Shown: one piece after another, positions 25,693 through 35,782 of the stretch
Layout of the letters: the number at the start of each line of letters is the position of its first letter
How positions within the stretch are numbered: position 1 is the stretch's first letter
The notes under the pieces: generated by a model
The model's input: only the letters and a program-made list of their open reading frames with translations
What the model was told of the DNA's origin: nothing
The model's database searches: none
Program-made: the position numbers and the translations under genes
Virus record (IMG/VR): IMGVR_UViG_3300028326_000328
Span: 1 to 64,000 of that record
Strand: one strand, 5' to 3'
DNA from: a virus
Taxonomy: Duplodnaviria; Caudoviricetes
Length of the DNA stretch: 64,000 nt

Positions 25693-26985
25693 CGGCGTAC
25701 CTCATTCTGGCCTGCGTGGAGGCTCGTGTTTTCATTTCGGACGTCCAGCTTTCGCTGCGGGACCTGTCCGTCCAAATCCGCTCGACCGTGCTACCATCTT
25801 TGAAAACATAAATCAGATGGTTAAAGGCCGGAACCCGGAGCTCCTGAACGCGCTCCTTAAAAACAGCCTCATCGAACTCGGTCAGGCGAGAACGGAGGCT
25901 GTCGTGCTTATCAGGATTTCTTCGGGGATTTGCTTGGTGTGGCAGTGCTTCTTTCCAAACACCAGATACGTCCCGCAATTCCAAGCTGTTTCCGTGCGGC
26001 TCACCTTGCGGCGGTATCGCTTCCCGCATTTATCGCAGCGGATCATCCCGGTAAACGCGGTGTACTGCGGTGCCTTTCGCTCAATGCCGTTGTGGATGCG
26101 GTTGCGCTCCATCTGCTCCTGTACCCGGAGGAACATCTCCGGCGGGATGATGGCCGGATGCGTACCTTCGGAAAAGTATTTGGGTAACTCCCCGTGGTTG
26201 ATTTTCTCAAGCTTCGTCAGATGATCCACAACGTACTTTTTCTGGAGCAAGGCATTCCCGGCGTACTTCTCATTCTTCAACATATCCAGCACCCGCTTCG
26301 GCGACCAAACGCCGCCCCGATAGGACGGAATGTTTCGCTCACGCATGATTTCTGATATTTCTGTCACGCCAACGCCACCCAAGTAAGACTCAAACACCCA
26401 GCGGACAACAAGCGCCTCTTCAGGCTCAATCCATACTCGCCCCTTGCGAATGCGGTATCCATAAAGGAATCGCCAGTTTGCCGGTTCGCCAGCTTCAAAC
26501 TGCTTTCGGATGCGCCACTTGCAGTTTTCAGAAACATTCCGGCTTTCCTCCTGCGCGTATGAAGCGAGGATGGAAAGCATCAACTCTCCACCCTCGCTCA
26601 TGGAATGAATATTCTGTTCCTCAAAGTAGACATCAATGCCCAGCGCCTTGAGTTCCCGCACCGTTTCGAGCAATGTGACCGTGTTCCGGGCGAAGCGGGA
26701 GATGCTCTTGGTAATCACCATGTCGATCTTCCCGGCCCGGCAATCGGCAACCATCCGCTGAAAATCAGCCCTGTTTTCCTTCGTGCCGGTAATCGCTTCA
26801 TCTACATACACCCCGGCATATTCCCATTTGGGATTCTGCTGAATGTATCCGCTGTAATGGCTCACCTGTGTGGACAGCGAATGCAGCATGGCCTCCTTAC
26901 CGGACGAAACGCGGGCATAGGCACAAACCCGCATGCGCACCCAAGCGGGCGGTTTGCTTTGCATAACCCTTTGGATTTTTCTCAT
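25685..26985 (-). pseudogene. Large serine recombinase with a frameshift near 25885
   Basis: CAYARVS, TKSISRFARN, recombinase and zinc-ribbon domains; C-terminus continues in the 25685..26029 frame. Confidence 0.85.
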
Positions 26986-27013
26986 CACGCAGTTCACCTC
27001 CTCGTAGTGTCGC

Positions 27014-27042
27014 ATATTACCTCTGGTGCCCATGAATAGCAA
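27014..27042 (-). promoter_or_regulatory. Putative promoter for recombinase
   Basis: TTGCTA-N17-TAATAT. Confidence 0.55.
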
Positions 27043-27132
27043 GATAAATCAACGCGAGAAATGGGTAGAAAAAAGACCACAGGGAGGCTCTCCCCTGCGG
27101 TACAAGGGGAAGCTCCGCTGTGGTCTTTGGCC

Positions 27133-27288
27133 CTATGCGACGCAGAAAATCGGGCGGTACTTCTCCCGCAGATAGCCGTCGATCTTCTCGAAATCATCTG
27201 CGGACAGTATCCCTTCGTTGAGCATCTGCTGAGAAATGGCCATCATGGCCTGATAGCGCATTTCCCGTTCAAACTGATCGGAGGTCAA
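27133..27288 (-). CDS. SHOCT-like small protein
   Basis: Manual translation MTSDQFEREMRYQAMMAISQQMLNEGILSADDFEKIDGYLREKYRPIFCVA; typical position before recombinases. Confidence 0.7.
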   Translation of the reverse strand: MTSDQFEREMRYQAMMAISQQMLNEGILSADDFEKIDGYLREKYRPIFCVA

Positions 27289-27303
27289 GCACAATCCCTC
27301 CCA

Positions 27304-28401
27304 TCAAAGAACCTTGGAATACTGCCCGGAAACCCAGCCCACCTGCGCGCCGACCACGATGGCATTCCAGCCGTTCGGGGCGGTGGCGATGTACTCGAAG
27401 GTCGTTCCCGGAGCGACGGAGGTGACGCGGGTGTAATTCGCGCCATTGCCTACCCGGACATTGACCTTGCCGCCGTCCGAGACAATGACGATCCGGCGCG
27501 CATTCGTTTCCGGCACTGGATCAGGGGTCGGCTTTTCCGATTCGACCGGCTCGTCCTTCTTTCCTTCGTCATCGTCGGCCACAGCGGCCATCAGGGCGGC
27601 GTGGGTTTTGTCACCGTATTTGCCGTCAACCTCCAAGCCCTCGCTCGTCTGAAACACCTTGACCGCCGCTTCGGTTTCCTCGCCGTATTCGCCGTCCGCG
27701 CCGTGTTTCGGCAGGGCATATCCAAGCTGGAGAAGAAGCTCCTGCAGCGCCTTGACATCCGCGCCAACCATACCGCGTTTGAGCAGTCGGCTCCCCAGCG
27801 TCACCTCCGTGGTGGTGGGCGGAGTAACCTCCGTGCCGCCTTCATATTTGATAAAGGGCAGCTTGTACCAGTGCGTCCATCCGCGACCCGCGACCTTGGT
27901 CTTAATGCAGCCATAGGCGAAGCCCTTCCACTCAATGGCGTAGCCGTTGCCGATGTAATAGCCCACATGCCCATCCTTGTGGAGCGCGAGGCCGACGATC
28001 TCCAGCAGGGTGCCGATCACACCCCAATCCATGCCCTTGGATTTGGCATAGGAAAACATGGAGTTGGCTCCCTTATCGGGGCAACCGTTCGCGCCGGATT
28101 TGTTGGTAAAGGTCTTATCGGTACCGACGCTTTCCAAAACATCGACGCCGCCGCCCGTCCACGCATAGCCCTTCGCGCCGCCGATGCAGTCGGCGCAGAC
28201 CTTTTTTGCGGCAATGTCCTGCCTGTACCGGCTGGTGCGAGACGAGCCGTAGTGGGGCGGGTATTGCCCGGCCTTACGGGAACGAAGGCTCTCCGTGCAT
28301 TTATACACGCAGGTTCCGTACCAATACGGCTGGCCCAGCATCTTCTCGCAATAGGCGGCAAAGTGCTCGTTGGTGAAGGGGATACTCTTGCGGTTAGACA
28401 T
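27304..28401 (-). CDS. Endolysin (NlpC/P60-CHAP-like domain, PG-binding domain, SH3)
   Basis: CADCIG...HVGYYIG; VKALQELLLQLGY..DG.YG; C-terminal SH3b-like. Confidence 0.85.
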   Translation of the reverse strand: MSNRKSIPFTNEHFAAYCEKMLGQPYWYGTCVYKCTESLRSRKAGQYPPHYGSSRTSRYRQDIAAKKVCADCIGGAKGYAWTGGGVDVLESVGTDKTFTNKSGANGCPDKGANSMFSYAKSKGMDWGVIGTLLEIVGLALHKDGHVGYYIGNGYAIEWKGFAYGCIKTKVAGRGWTHWYKLPFIKYEGGTEVTPPTTTEVTLGSRLLKRGMVGADVKALQELLLQLGYALPKHGADGEYGEETEAAVKVFQTSEGLEVDGKYGDKTHAALMAAVADDDEGKKDEPVESEKPTPDPVPETNARRIVIVSDGGKVNVRVGNGANYTRVTSVAPGTTFEYIATAPNGWNAIVVGAQVGWVSGQYSKVL

Positions 28402-28433
28402 TTTCATTTCCTCCAATCAAATAGGGCGACAGC

Positions 28434-28883
28434 TTATTCGCCATCGCCCGCGTCGGTCGTGTCACCCTTATCATCGCGGTTGTGAAGCTGTGCCAGAATG
28501 TCCTTGAGCTTATCCGGCACAGGCAATCCGAGGTGAGCGGCGTTTTCCAGCATGGACACGCCCTCGTTCGAGAGGTAGAAGCAAATCACAGCGGATCGCA
28601 ACGCGCCACCCGTACCGATGACGTGCATATCCACGACATGCCCCACGCCCACCAGTGCAATGATGAGCATCTTGCGGAACAGCCCCTTGAACCCCACCGC
28701 ACTGGATAACTTCTTATCAACAATGCCGCACATCACACCGGTGATGTAGTCGAGCACCATGAACACCAGCAGCGTGATGAGCAGACCGTCCGCACCGCCC
28801 AAGAAATACCCGAGCCACCCGCCGATGGCGGCGAATGCCATCTGCACCTTGGCCCATACCAGATCAATCGAAAAGTCCCTCAT
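28434..28883 (-). CDS. Phage holin (family 4-like)
   Basis: GWLGYFLGG.DG, DYITG, NEGVSMLEN. Confidence 0.9.
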   Translation of the reverse strand: MRDFSIDLVWAKVQMAFAAIGGWLGYFLGGADGLLITLLVFMVLDYITGVMCGIVDKKLSSAVGFKGLFRKMLIIALVGVGHVVDMHVIGTGGALRSAVICFYLSNEGVSMLENAAHLGLPVPDKLKDILAQLHNRDDKGDTTDAGDGE

Positions 28884-28911
28884 AAGCCCTCCTGTAAATT
28901 TAGATATCGAA

Positions 28912-28945
28912 AAACCACCTTCGCGCGGAAGGTGGCTGTTCCCGA
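28912..28945 (-). terminator. Intrinsic terminator after tail genes
   Basis: CCACCTTC-cgcgc-GAAGGTGG-TTTTTC on minus strand. Confidence 0.65.
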
Positions 28946-28951
28946 TAATGG

Positions 28952-29611
28952 TCAGACCTGAATCCAATTGCCGCCTGATCGATACCAGGGGATGCACTGC
29001 ACCCAAGTGCCACCCAAGCGATACCACACCGCGCATTCCTTCCAAGTGCCGCCATCCCGATACCAGACCGTGGCATCCAAGTAGGTCACGGTAATGGTGC
29101 AGGAGGTCACGCGGGCATAGTTGGTGGAGTAGCCGCTGCTGGTGGATGTCTCTCCGTTGTACAAAACCAGCGCCGAATTGCCCTCTGCGAGATAAGCCTT
29201 CACGAAGGCGAACAGTGCCGCATTCGTGGAGGCGTTTAGGGTGTGCGTGACGGTATTGCCATAGAAGGTGCCTGTCAACGTACCTAGCGCGACACCGACC
29301 TGCGCAGAACCGTTGATCCCCGTTTGCAGCGTCTGGTAATTTGCGCGGCGAAAGGAAAGCACCTTATTGCTGCCTGATGATCCGGCAGCGGAACAGGTGA
29401 TCTTGAGCGTGATCTGAGAAATGAGCTTGTTTTTTAGTGCAGCACCTGCCCCGGTGAACACCATGACGCCGACGCGCGAACCGGACGAGGATGTATTCTG
29501 ATAAGCGCCTTGGCTTGCACCGTTCGAGGTACCGGTGTTCCATGTGCTGCTCCCGTACTGCGCGTAGCCGATGGTCGAGGCGCTTTCAGATGTTGCGGTA
29601 AACGTGCCCAA
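28952..29611 (-). CDS. Tail-associated protein
   Basis: Ser/Thr/Gly-rich; shares a domain with the N-terminus of 29624..31651. Confidence 0.7.
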   Translation of the reverse strand: MGTFTATSESASTIGYAQYGSSTWNTGTSNGASQGAYQNTSSSGSRVGVMVFTGAGAALKNKLISQITLKITCSAAGSSGSNKVLSFRRANYQTLQTGINGSAQVGVALGTLTGTFYGNTVTHTLNASTNAALFAFVKAYLAEGNSALVLYNGETSTSSGYSTNYARVTSCTITVTYLDATVWYRDGGTWKECAVWYRLGGTWVQCIPWYRSGGNWIQV

Positions 29612-29623
29612 CGGCGCACCTCC

Positions 29624-31651
29624 TCAACCAACCGGCACAAGGCATATCTGGCCATCCGTGCCGCTGGAGGGTAACGTCGCCGAATAGAAAATCCCGAGGT
29701 TCGTCAGCGCCGCCTTCGCGTTGTTTGCACCCGTCCCGCCACTTCCCACAGGGATGGGCGTCGCCATTCCCGAATGGAATAAGCGGAAGGCATAGTACGT
29801 TCCATTGACTGCTGTTCGCAAGAGAGCCGCATTGTCCATGCTGGCTTCATAGGCCGCCGTTCTGACCTCCAACATCCTGCGATTGTTCCCCGTAGAATCC
29901 TCCCACGCTGCGAAGGAGGCTGCCCCTACATAGCTGCCCTCAAACACGGTGCGGTTGGTCGTGTTATTGTACGTGGGCATCAAATAGACAGACGGGTACA
30001 GATAGCCTTGGATGGACAGGTTGCCGGTCATGGTATCTCCGGCCTTCTTCACAGCACCGATGTTGGTGCAGGCCGAGGCGGCATTGTCCGCACCGGTGCC
30101 ACCCTGCGGAATATCGAGCGGCTGGGCCAGTACCAACGGCCAGCCAAGCTCCACCGCGCCCGCAGTCTCGGCAACCTTGCCAAAGGCGATGCCTGAGCCG
30201 TTGCGGTAGAAATCCATCATGACCTGTTTGGTGCCGATGCTTACGGACTGCTCCGGATTATGGAAGAAATCCTGTACGCGAACCATCAGGTCGAAGCTCG
30301 CCAGCACATCGAAGGTCTGCGGCAGAAGGAGATTTGTTGAGGCGACTCCATAATTGCTGGGCGTGATCGTAGTGGCCTGAGTCCATGCGCTGGCAGAGGA
30401 CAGCTTATAGTACACCGTACAGGTCATGGTGTTTTTCCCGCCAACCGAGGACGCCCCCGCCGTCGCCGAAATGCGCACGCGGTTGCCATCCATTTGTGGA
30501 GCCGAACCGGTCGCGTTGCACCGCTCAGCTTTGAAGAGCGAAATCGTCGGCTGTGCGTAGGCCAACACGGAGATCGTCCGGGTGGTAGTCGCCGTGCGCC
30601 CTCGGGAATCTGTCACCGTGATACTCAATGTGCTGTCCCCGGCAACAGAGAGGACGTTTGTCGTGAAGGAAGAAGCGGTATACGCCGTTCCGTTCAGTGT
30701 CGTTCGGTAAGTGGTAATCGTACTGCCCTGCGCACCGGAAGCGGCAATCGATACTGCCAGCTTACTTTTGTTCTGGACATAAGCTGCAAACTGTGCCGCG
30801 ATCCCCAAAACCGCCTCCGAGAAGGACACGCTGGAGATCGTCGGTACTACCGAGGCAGGCACATTCAAGATAATCGAGCAGGTCTTTGTGCCGGTGAGCA
30901 CACCCGCATAGTAGGTATCGCAGGTGATCGTGCAAATGCCGGAGGTCGCAGAAGGAATTCGCTGCGCCAAGGTCAGCGGAAGTGCCCATAGCACCGAATC
31001 GCCGACGCCGGAGGCAATCTGCCCGGATGTCCCGCCAAAGGAATAAGAGAGCGTATGCGTGGCGGACGTGCTCAAGCGGTCAGTGTAGATTGTGACGGAA
31101 GTGCCCATATCAACGGACGATGCGGATGCGCGGGGCTGGCTGACACCTTCCTCGTAAGTGACATACAGGGTCGCTGCAGACCACTGGAGGTAGTTGTACG
31201 AATACCCCTGCCCGCTGGCGGAGGGCGAGGGATTGTACAGACAAAACGTGTTGTTGCCCGCTTGCAGGTAGGCCGCGACGTTGTTAAAGAGTGCGCCGGA
31301 GAAGTCATATGAAGTGGTGTTTCCATAGAAGCTGCCTGTGAACGTCCCAAGCGCGTCTCCGTAGTAGCCGCCGCCCGTCACGCCGGATTCGGACGCTGCC
31401 TGATACCTGGACTTGCGCAGGTACACGGTCTTTGTCGTTCCGGCACCAAAACCCGCCTCGGCGGAGGTCACTCGCAGCGTAATGCCGATGATGACCTTGT
31501 TCAGCAGGGATAGCCCGCTGAAATGCACGATGCCGACGAAATTGTAGTCGTTCGAGTAAAACTCCTGACTGGCGGCGGAGCTTTTGTAGTTGCTGGCCGA
31601 GTTGGTTTTCCTCGTCCGCATGGATGCGGTGAAGCTTACGGTCGTTGCCAT
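29624..31651 (-). CDS. DUF859-like minor tail / receptor-binding protein
   Basis: SATHTLSYSFG, ITVTDSRGRT, GIAFGK motifs. Confidence 0.78.
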   Translation of the reverse strand: MATTVSFTASMRTRKTNSASNYKSSAASQEFYSNDYNFVGIVHFSGLSLLNKVIIGITLRVTSAEAGFGAGTTKTVYLRKSRYQAASESGVTGGGYYGDALGTFTGSFYGNTTSYDFSGALFNNVAAYLQAGNNTFCLYNPSPSASGQGYSYNYLQWSAATLYVTYEEGVSQPRASASSVDMGTSVTIYTDRLSTSATHTLSYSFGGTSGQIASGVGDSVLWALPLTLAQRIPSATSGICTITCDTYYAGVLTGTKTCSIILNVPASVVPTISSVSFSEAVLGIAAQFAAYVQNKSKLAVSIAASGAQGSTITTYRTTLNGTAYTASSFTTNVLSVAGDSTLSITVTDSRGRTATTTRTISVLAYAQPTISLFKAERCNATGSAPQMDGNRVRISATAGASSVGGKNTMTCTVYYKLSSASAWTQATTITPSNYGVASTNLLLPQTFDVLASFDLMVRVQDFFHNPEQSVSIGTKQVMMDFYRNGSGIAFGKVAETAGAVELGWPLVLAQPLDIPQGGTGADNAASACTNIGAVKKAGDTMTGNLSIQGYLYPSVYLMPTYNNTTNRTVFEGSYVGAASFAAWEDSTGNNRRMLEVRTAAYEASMDNAALLRTAVNGTYYAFRLFHSGMATPIPVGSGGTGANNAKAALTNLGIFYSATLPSSGTDGQICLVPVG

Positions 31652-31661
31652 AATGACCTCC

Positions 31662-34600
31662 TTACCCCGTGTAGATCACGGACAGATTTCCGTTGGTTTG
31701 CGGCTCATACGCAAATTTGCCGATCTGCAGGCGGGTAAGAATCTCCGCTTGCGTGACATAGAGCTTGTTATTTGACAGATAGGCGACCTGCGTATTGTTC
31801 ATATAAAAAGCCACCCGGTCGTTGACAACACGGATGGTGATGGGGTTGCCTGACTTCCCGATGATCAAACCGTCATCCCCAAAGGTCATATAGGTTTTGA
31901 TCAAGTTGATCTGTTCTTCGGTGGCCTCCTGCCCCTCGGACAGATCTTTCTCAATTTCCTCCACCTTGCTGACCGCCCATGTGAAATTGGATTCGGTTTG
32001 TTCAGCCAATGTGGAGACGGTTCCCTGAAGCTGCCCAAGTGCGTCGGCAGAGGCATAGTCACGCTTGACTTCCTGCCGTATGGCGTCGGCGGTCAGCGTG
32101 ATCTGTGCCACAGCTTCGCCAACGGCGTCTACGGCTTCGTCCTTCGCAGCGGATACCTCGCCCTCCACATACAACCGCAGCGCTTCATTGCCGGAAATGT
32201 CCACTGCTTGGAGTTTGGCGATGAAGGCTGTGTACGCGAATAAGTCGTCCACGTCGAGGTTGGCGGCCTTGATCGCCCGTACCAGCGCCTCGTCGGCAAA
32301 GATGCTCTGGACGTTGAGCTCGCGGGCGGTGATCGTATTTTGCAGGAGCTTGCCGCCCGGCAGGCTTTCGTCGGCCACATCATCGCCCGTGACAGACTTC
32401 TTTTCGGTGATGATCGAGCCGTCCTCGGCCACAGATACCGCATAAAAGGAACCGTCCGCACCTCGAACGATCAATTCGCCCACGGTCAGGGAAGCCATGT
32501 TTGCCTCGGTCACGGCAAGATCGGCGACATAGAGCTTGCCGTTGATACCGCGCTCGATGATGGCCGTTCCTGCGGTCATATCCTTGATTCGCGCCCAATC
32601 TATGTCGGCGCTTCCGATGCTGGCGTTCACCATCTGCGCAATGGCGGTATTCAGCGTCGTAATGCCCGCCCAATCAATCTGTGCTTCATGCAGATGCGCC
32701 GTGGTGATCTGCGCCACGGCAATGCGCGCGATGGCGGCGTTCAGGTCGCCGATGCTGGCCCAATCGATGTGGGCGTTTTCGATGCTCGCTGCGGTGATCT
32801 GTGCCAGCGCAATCTGGGCGATCCGGGTATTCAGGCTGATGATGTTCGCCCAATCGATGTTCGCCTGATTGATCGTCGCGGTATTGATCTGCGCCACGGC
32901 GATGCTTGCCATCTGTGCTGCCAAACCGCCGATGTCGGCCCAAGAAATGTTGGCGTTCTCGACGTTGGCAGTGGTAATTTGCGCGGTGGCGATGGTGGCC
33001 AGCGCCGCATAGAGCGCATCCGTCGTGACGCTGCCTGCCGCCAACTCCTGTATCTGAGCGGAAATCGCCGTAATCGCGTCCGCGTTTAAGGAGCCGATGG
33101 TCGCTTCCTCGATCTTGGCCCGCGTGATCGCCGCATCTGCAATGAGCGCGTTGACAATAGCTGCAACCTCGATATGCGCCGTCTGAATGGCCGCCAGCCC
33201 GATTTGAAGGCTGCCGACCGCGCCATCCCTGAGTTGGCCCGCACCCACGGAGTTGATGCCCAGCTTCGCGCCGGAGATCAGGCCATTGGCAAGCTGCCGG
33301 GACGAGATCATATTGCCTTCGAGCGTGTCCGTCACGGTGCCGAGGGTCAGGGCGGTGTACTTGTGGGTCAGGCAATCGTAGGTGTACTGCGTCAGCCGCA
33401 TGGATACCGCGACGCCAATGCGCCGGGCGATGACTCGGACGGCATCACCGAGGAAGATATTCTGGAGCGCCCTATACTGCTGGTATTCCTCGGTTTCAGC
33501 GCAGTTGATGAAGTCGACTTTGAGCGTCACAGTGGGCAGGTCGCAACCCTTGCCGTATTCGGCCTGCGCTGCTTTGCGCATCTCCGTGTAGCATTGTGTC
33601 TTGGTCTTTTTGCTGTCGCCCTTCGTGACCTCTTTCGCGTCGGACACCGGCAGGTGAATCCATTTCGGGTGAACGTAGCTGCCGATGTGCGCGCTGTCGA
33701 TGTACAACTCCGGCAGATACAGGACGTTGCCGTCCACATCTTCACCGGTTGGCATGATCCGGGTGACTACATCGGTCAGGTCTACATCGTAGGAAATGCC
33801 GAGCAGGTTTTTCCTTTCCCGAATCTGCACATCCGTATCAGAGCCGATGCGATTGACGAGGAAAGCGTCGAACCAATCCCTCCCCAATTCACCGCCGTAC
33901 TTTTCAACCACGCCGCCCTCACCCAGCAAGGCATCCACGGGATTGACGTTCTCGATTTCCACCTCTTCGGCGGTGGAATCGAGGTCGGAGTAGAAGGTGA
34001 AATCATGCTCGGTCAGGCATTTTGAGGATATGTTTTGAACCACATTCGCCCCGGTCACATTGGCGGCGGGTTTGTAGCTCTTGAGCATGTTATCCATCAA
34101 GTCGTAAAACAGATGGCGCGCATAGATGGTGATCTTCGTGAGCTCCGGCACGGCGCGGTAGATGCGGAACGGTTGGTCACGCAGTTGGCGCGGCTCGACC
34201 ACGGTCTTGCCTGCGGCAGCGGGCGTCGGTTCGGTACGCACATAGGTCAGGTACTGTGAGGCCATGTATCCGCGCTTGCCGTCCGGGCAGGACACCTCAT
34301 ACCATGAGGAAGTTGTTTTGTTGAGGACGATGACCTCGGTGCCTTTCTTGTACTTGGCGAGAATCTTGTACTTGGTTCCGGTGCCGGAGCGCAGGCGTAG
34401 CGGATCGCGGCTGGTGGATATTCGGTAGATCATGCCGCCGCCCGTTTGCGGCGCGAGCTTCACCTGCGGTGTCATTGCTGCGGGCACCGGCGCGCGGAGG
34501 ATGTTGCCCTCGATCAGCCGCCGCCATTTTCCCTGCGCATCCAGCGGATGCTCAAGCGTCAGTTCCCACTCGCCGTTCAGCGTTTCAGTCACGGTGCAAG

Positions 34601-34706
34601 ATGAAGGGCTGACCGGGCCGAGGCCATTTGCCGAGAAATCCTCACAATCGGGTGTGTATACGCAGATCAAGGGCTTCACCTCCTTTTGGGCATAAAAAAG
34701 GCCCAT
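31662..34706 (-). CDS. Tail spike / Tal-like protein with SH3b domain and IDWA repeats
   Basis: LNGEWELTLEHP N-terminus, VVTRIMPTG, SH3b segment, 30-aa repeats. Confidence 0.8.
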   Translation of the reverse strand: MGLFYAQKEVKPLICVYTPDCEDFSANGLGPVSPSSCTVTETLNGEWELTLEHPLDAQGKWRRLIEGNILRAPVPAAMTPQVKLAPQTGGGMIYRISTSRDPLRLRSGTGTKYKILAKYKKGTEVIVLNKTTSSWYEVSCPDGKRGYMASQYLTYVRTEPTPAAAGKTVVEPRQLRDQPFRIYRAVPELTKITIYARHLFYDLMDNMLKSYKPAANVTGANVVQNISSKCLTEHDFTFYSDLDSTAEEVEIENVNPVDALLGEGGVVEKYGGELGRDWFDAFLVNRIGSDTDVQIRERKNLLGISYDVDLTDVVTRIMPTGEDVDGNVLYLPELYIDSAHIGSYVHPKWIHLPVSDAKEVTKGDSKKTKTQCYTEMRKAAQAEYGKGCDLPTVTLKVDFINCAETEEYQQYRALQNIFLGDAVRVIARRIGVAVSMRLTQYTYDCLTHKYTALTLGTVTDTLEGNMISSRQLANGLISGAKLGINSVGAGQLRDGAVGSLQIGLAAIQTAHIEVAAIVNALIADAAITRAKIEEATIGSLNADAITAISAQIQELAAGSVTTDALYAALATIATAQITTANVENANISWADIGGLAAQMASIAVAQINTATINQANIDWANIISLNTRIAQIALAQITAASIENAHIDWASIGDLNAAIARIAVAQITTAHLHEAQIDWAGITTLNTAIAQMVNASIGSADIDWARIKDMTAGTAIIERGINGKLYVADLAVTEANMASLTVGELIVRGADGSFYAVSVAEDGSIITEKKSVTGDDVADESLPGGKLLQNTITARELNVQSIFADEALVRAIKAANLDVDDLFAYTAFIAKLQAVDISGNEALRLYVEGEVSAAKDEAVDAVGEAVAQITLTADAIRQEVKRDYASADALGQLQGTVSTLAEQTESNFTWAVSKVEEIEKDLSEGQEATEEQINLIKTYMTFGDDGLIIGKSGNPITIRVVNDRVAFYMNNTQVAYLSNNKLYVTQAEILTRLQIGKFAYEPQTNGNLSVIYTG

Positions 34707-34718
34707 CGGCGATGGGCA

Positions 34719-35420
34719 TCAGAGCAAGTACCTCCAATTTGGCCGCACCTCAACCTTGGTTACGCTGCCGCTCCAACTCACTGCGTTCATGCCCGGCGCG
34801 AGCGTTGGAAAATCCCCACTCATGTTGTTGTTCATAGAGGTGGCACCGTTGTATGCTTCCATGAGAGGCGTGTCCAGCGTGATGCTCCCGGAAACACCAT
34901 CAAGCTCCACAATGGTCAGCCCTACCATGAGGGTGATCTCCCCAGAGCCGTACACCGTGATCACCGGCTCGGATGGCACATTGCCCGGATTGGTGATTGT
35001 GCCGCCCGAGGTCGTCAGTGTAATGAGCGGCACAGTGTTTGCATTCCAGAACGGCTTGCAGCGGAAGTTGACCGCGAAAGTGCGGGGTGGGTTTCCACGC
35101 AGGATTTTCTCGAAGCTGATCCGGTTGACGATCCGGGCATCGTAAAAGCCACCCTGCCGATTGGCGAAGGTGACTTTGCCGCTTCCTTTGAGCCAAGCGC
35201 AGAGCATGGGGATTTTGGATGGGTCTGAGATGATACATTGCGCTGTGAGCAGCAGATCGTCGTAAATGCATTCGCCCTGCAATGTGGTCAGAGAGCCGCT
35301 TCGACTCGGTACATCGGTAAAGGTGACGCGCTCGGAGGGGATGGTGAAAGGGGGCTGCTCCAGCACACGCACTCCATAGGCCGTGCAGCGCGTCCCATTC
35401 CATTCAAACCAATCGTTCAT
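34719..35420 (-). CDS. Distal tail protein (Dit)
   Basis: WFEWNG...RSGSLT, FRCKPF, NPGNVPSEPVI; follows tape measure. Confidence 0.82.
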   Translation of the reverse strand: MNDWFEWNGTRCTAYGVRVLEQPPFTIPSERVTFTDVPSRSGSLTTLQGECIYDDLLLTAQCIISDPSKIPMLCAWLKGSGKVTFANRQGGFYDARIVNRISFEKILRGNPPRTFAVNFRCKPFWNANTVPLITLTTSGGTITNPGNVPSEPVITVYGSGEITLMVGLTIVELDGVSGSITLDTPLMEAYNGATSMNNNMSGDFPTLAPGMNAVSWSGSVTKVEVRPNWRYLL

Positions 35421-35489
35421 GGTTTTGACCTCCTCGGTGTATAGGAAAAGCGCCATCCTTTCGGACAGCGCCCTGTTCATGATAAATGG

Positions 35490-35716
35490 CTAAATCGCCT
35501 TGATCTTGTCGATCCCATGGATCGCCGCCAGCGTGGAACCGTTGTCCCATTGGATGTGGTGCCCCCGGCATCGTCAACCATCTGGACGGTTCCCATAAGG
35601 CCCGGTGGCATCTCGCGGTACGGATCGCACATCTCGATCAGTTCCACGCGGGTGCCCTCCGGGTATTGCTCCCGGAGCCGTTTCAGGACTTCGGGGCGCA
35701 GCTGCATCGCAAACAT
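35490..35716 (-). pseudogene. DUF4314-family moron with a 1-nt frameshift near 35559
   Basis: LREQYPEGTRVEL...GTVQMVDDAG then HIQWDNGSTLAAIHGID in another frame; own promoter TTGACT at 35772-35777. Confidence 0.75.
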
Positions 35717-35782
35717 GGCAAAGCCTCCTTTCTGTTTCAGGTAGACCATCTATCCCTCCACAGGCCGGAAAAGTCAAGATAA

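Noticed and set aside
27061-28485. Long antisense ORFs (e.g. 27061..28485, 35813..36952, 44404..45786, 5260..6201)
   Set aside because: They are shadow frames opposite well-supported phage genes in GC-rich DNA, with no recognisable motifs.
28952-34706. Diversity-generating retroelement acting on tail genes
   Set aside because: No reverse transcriptase and no template/variable repeat pair seen in the window.
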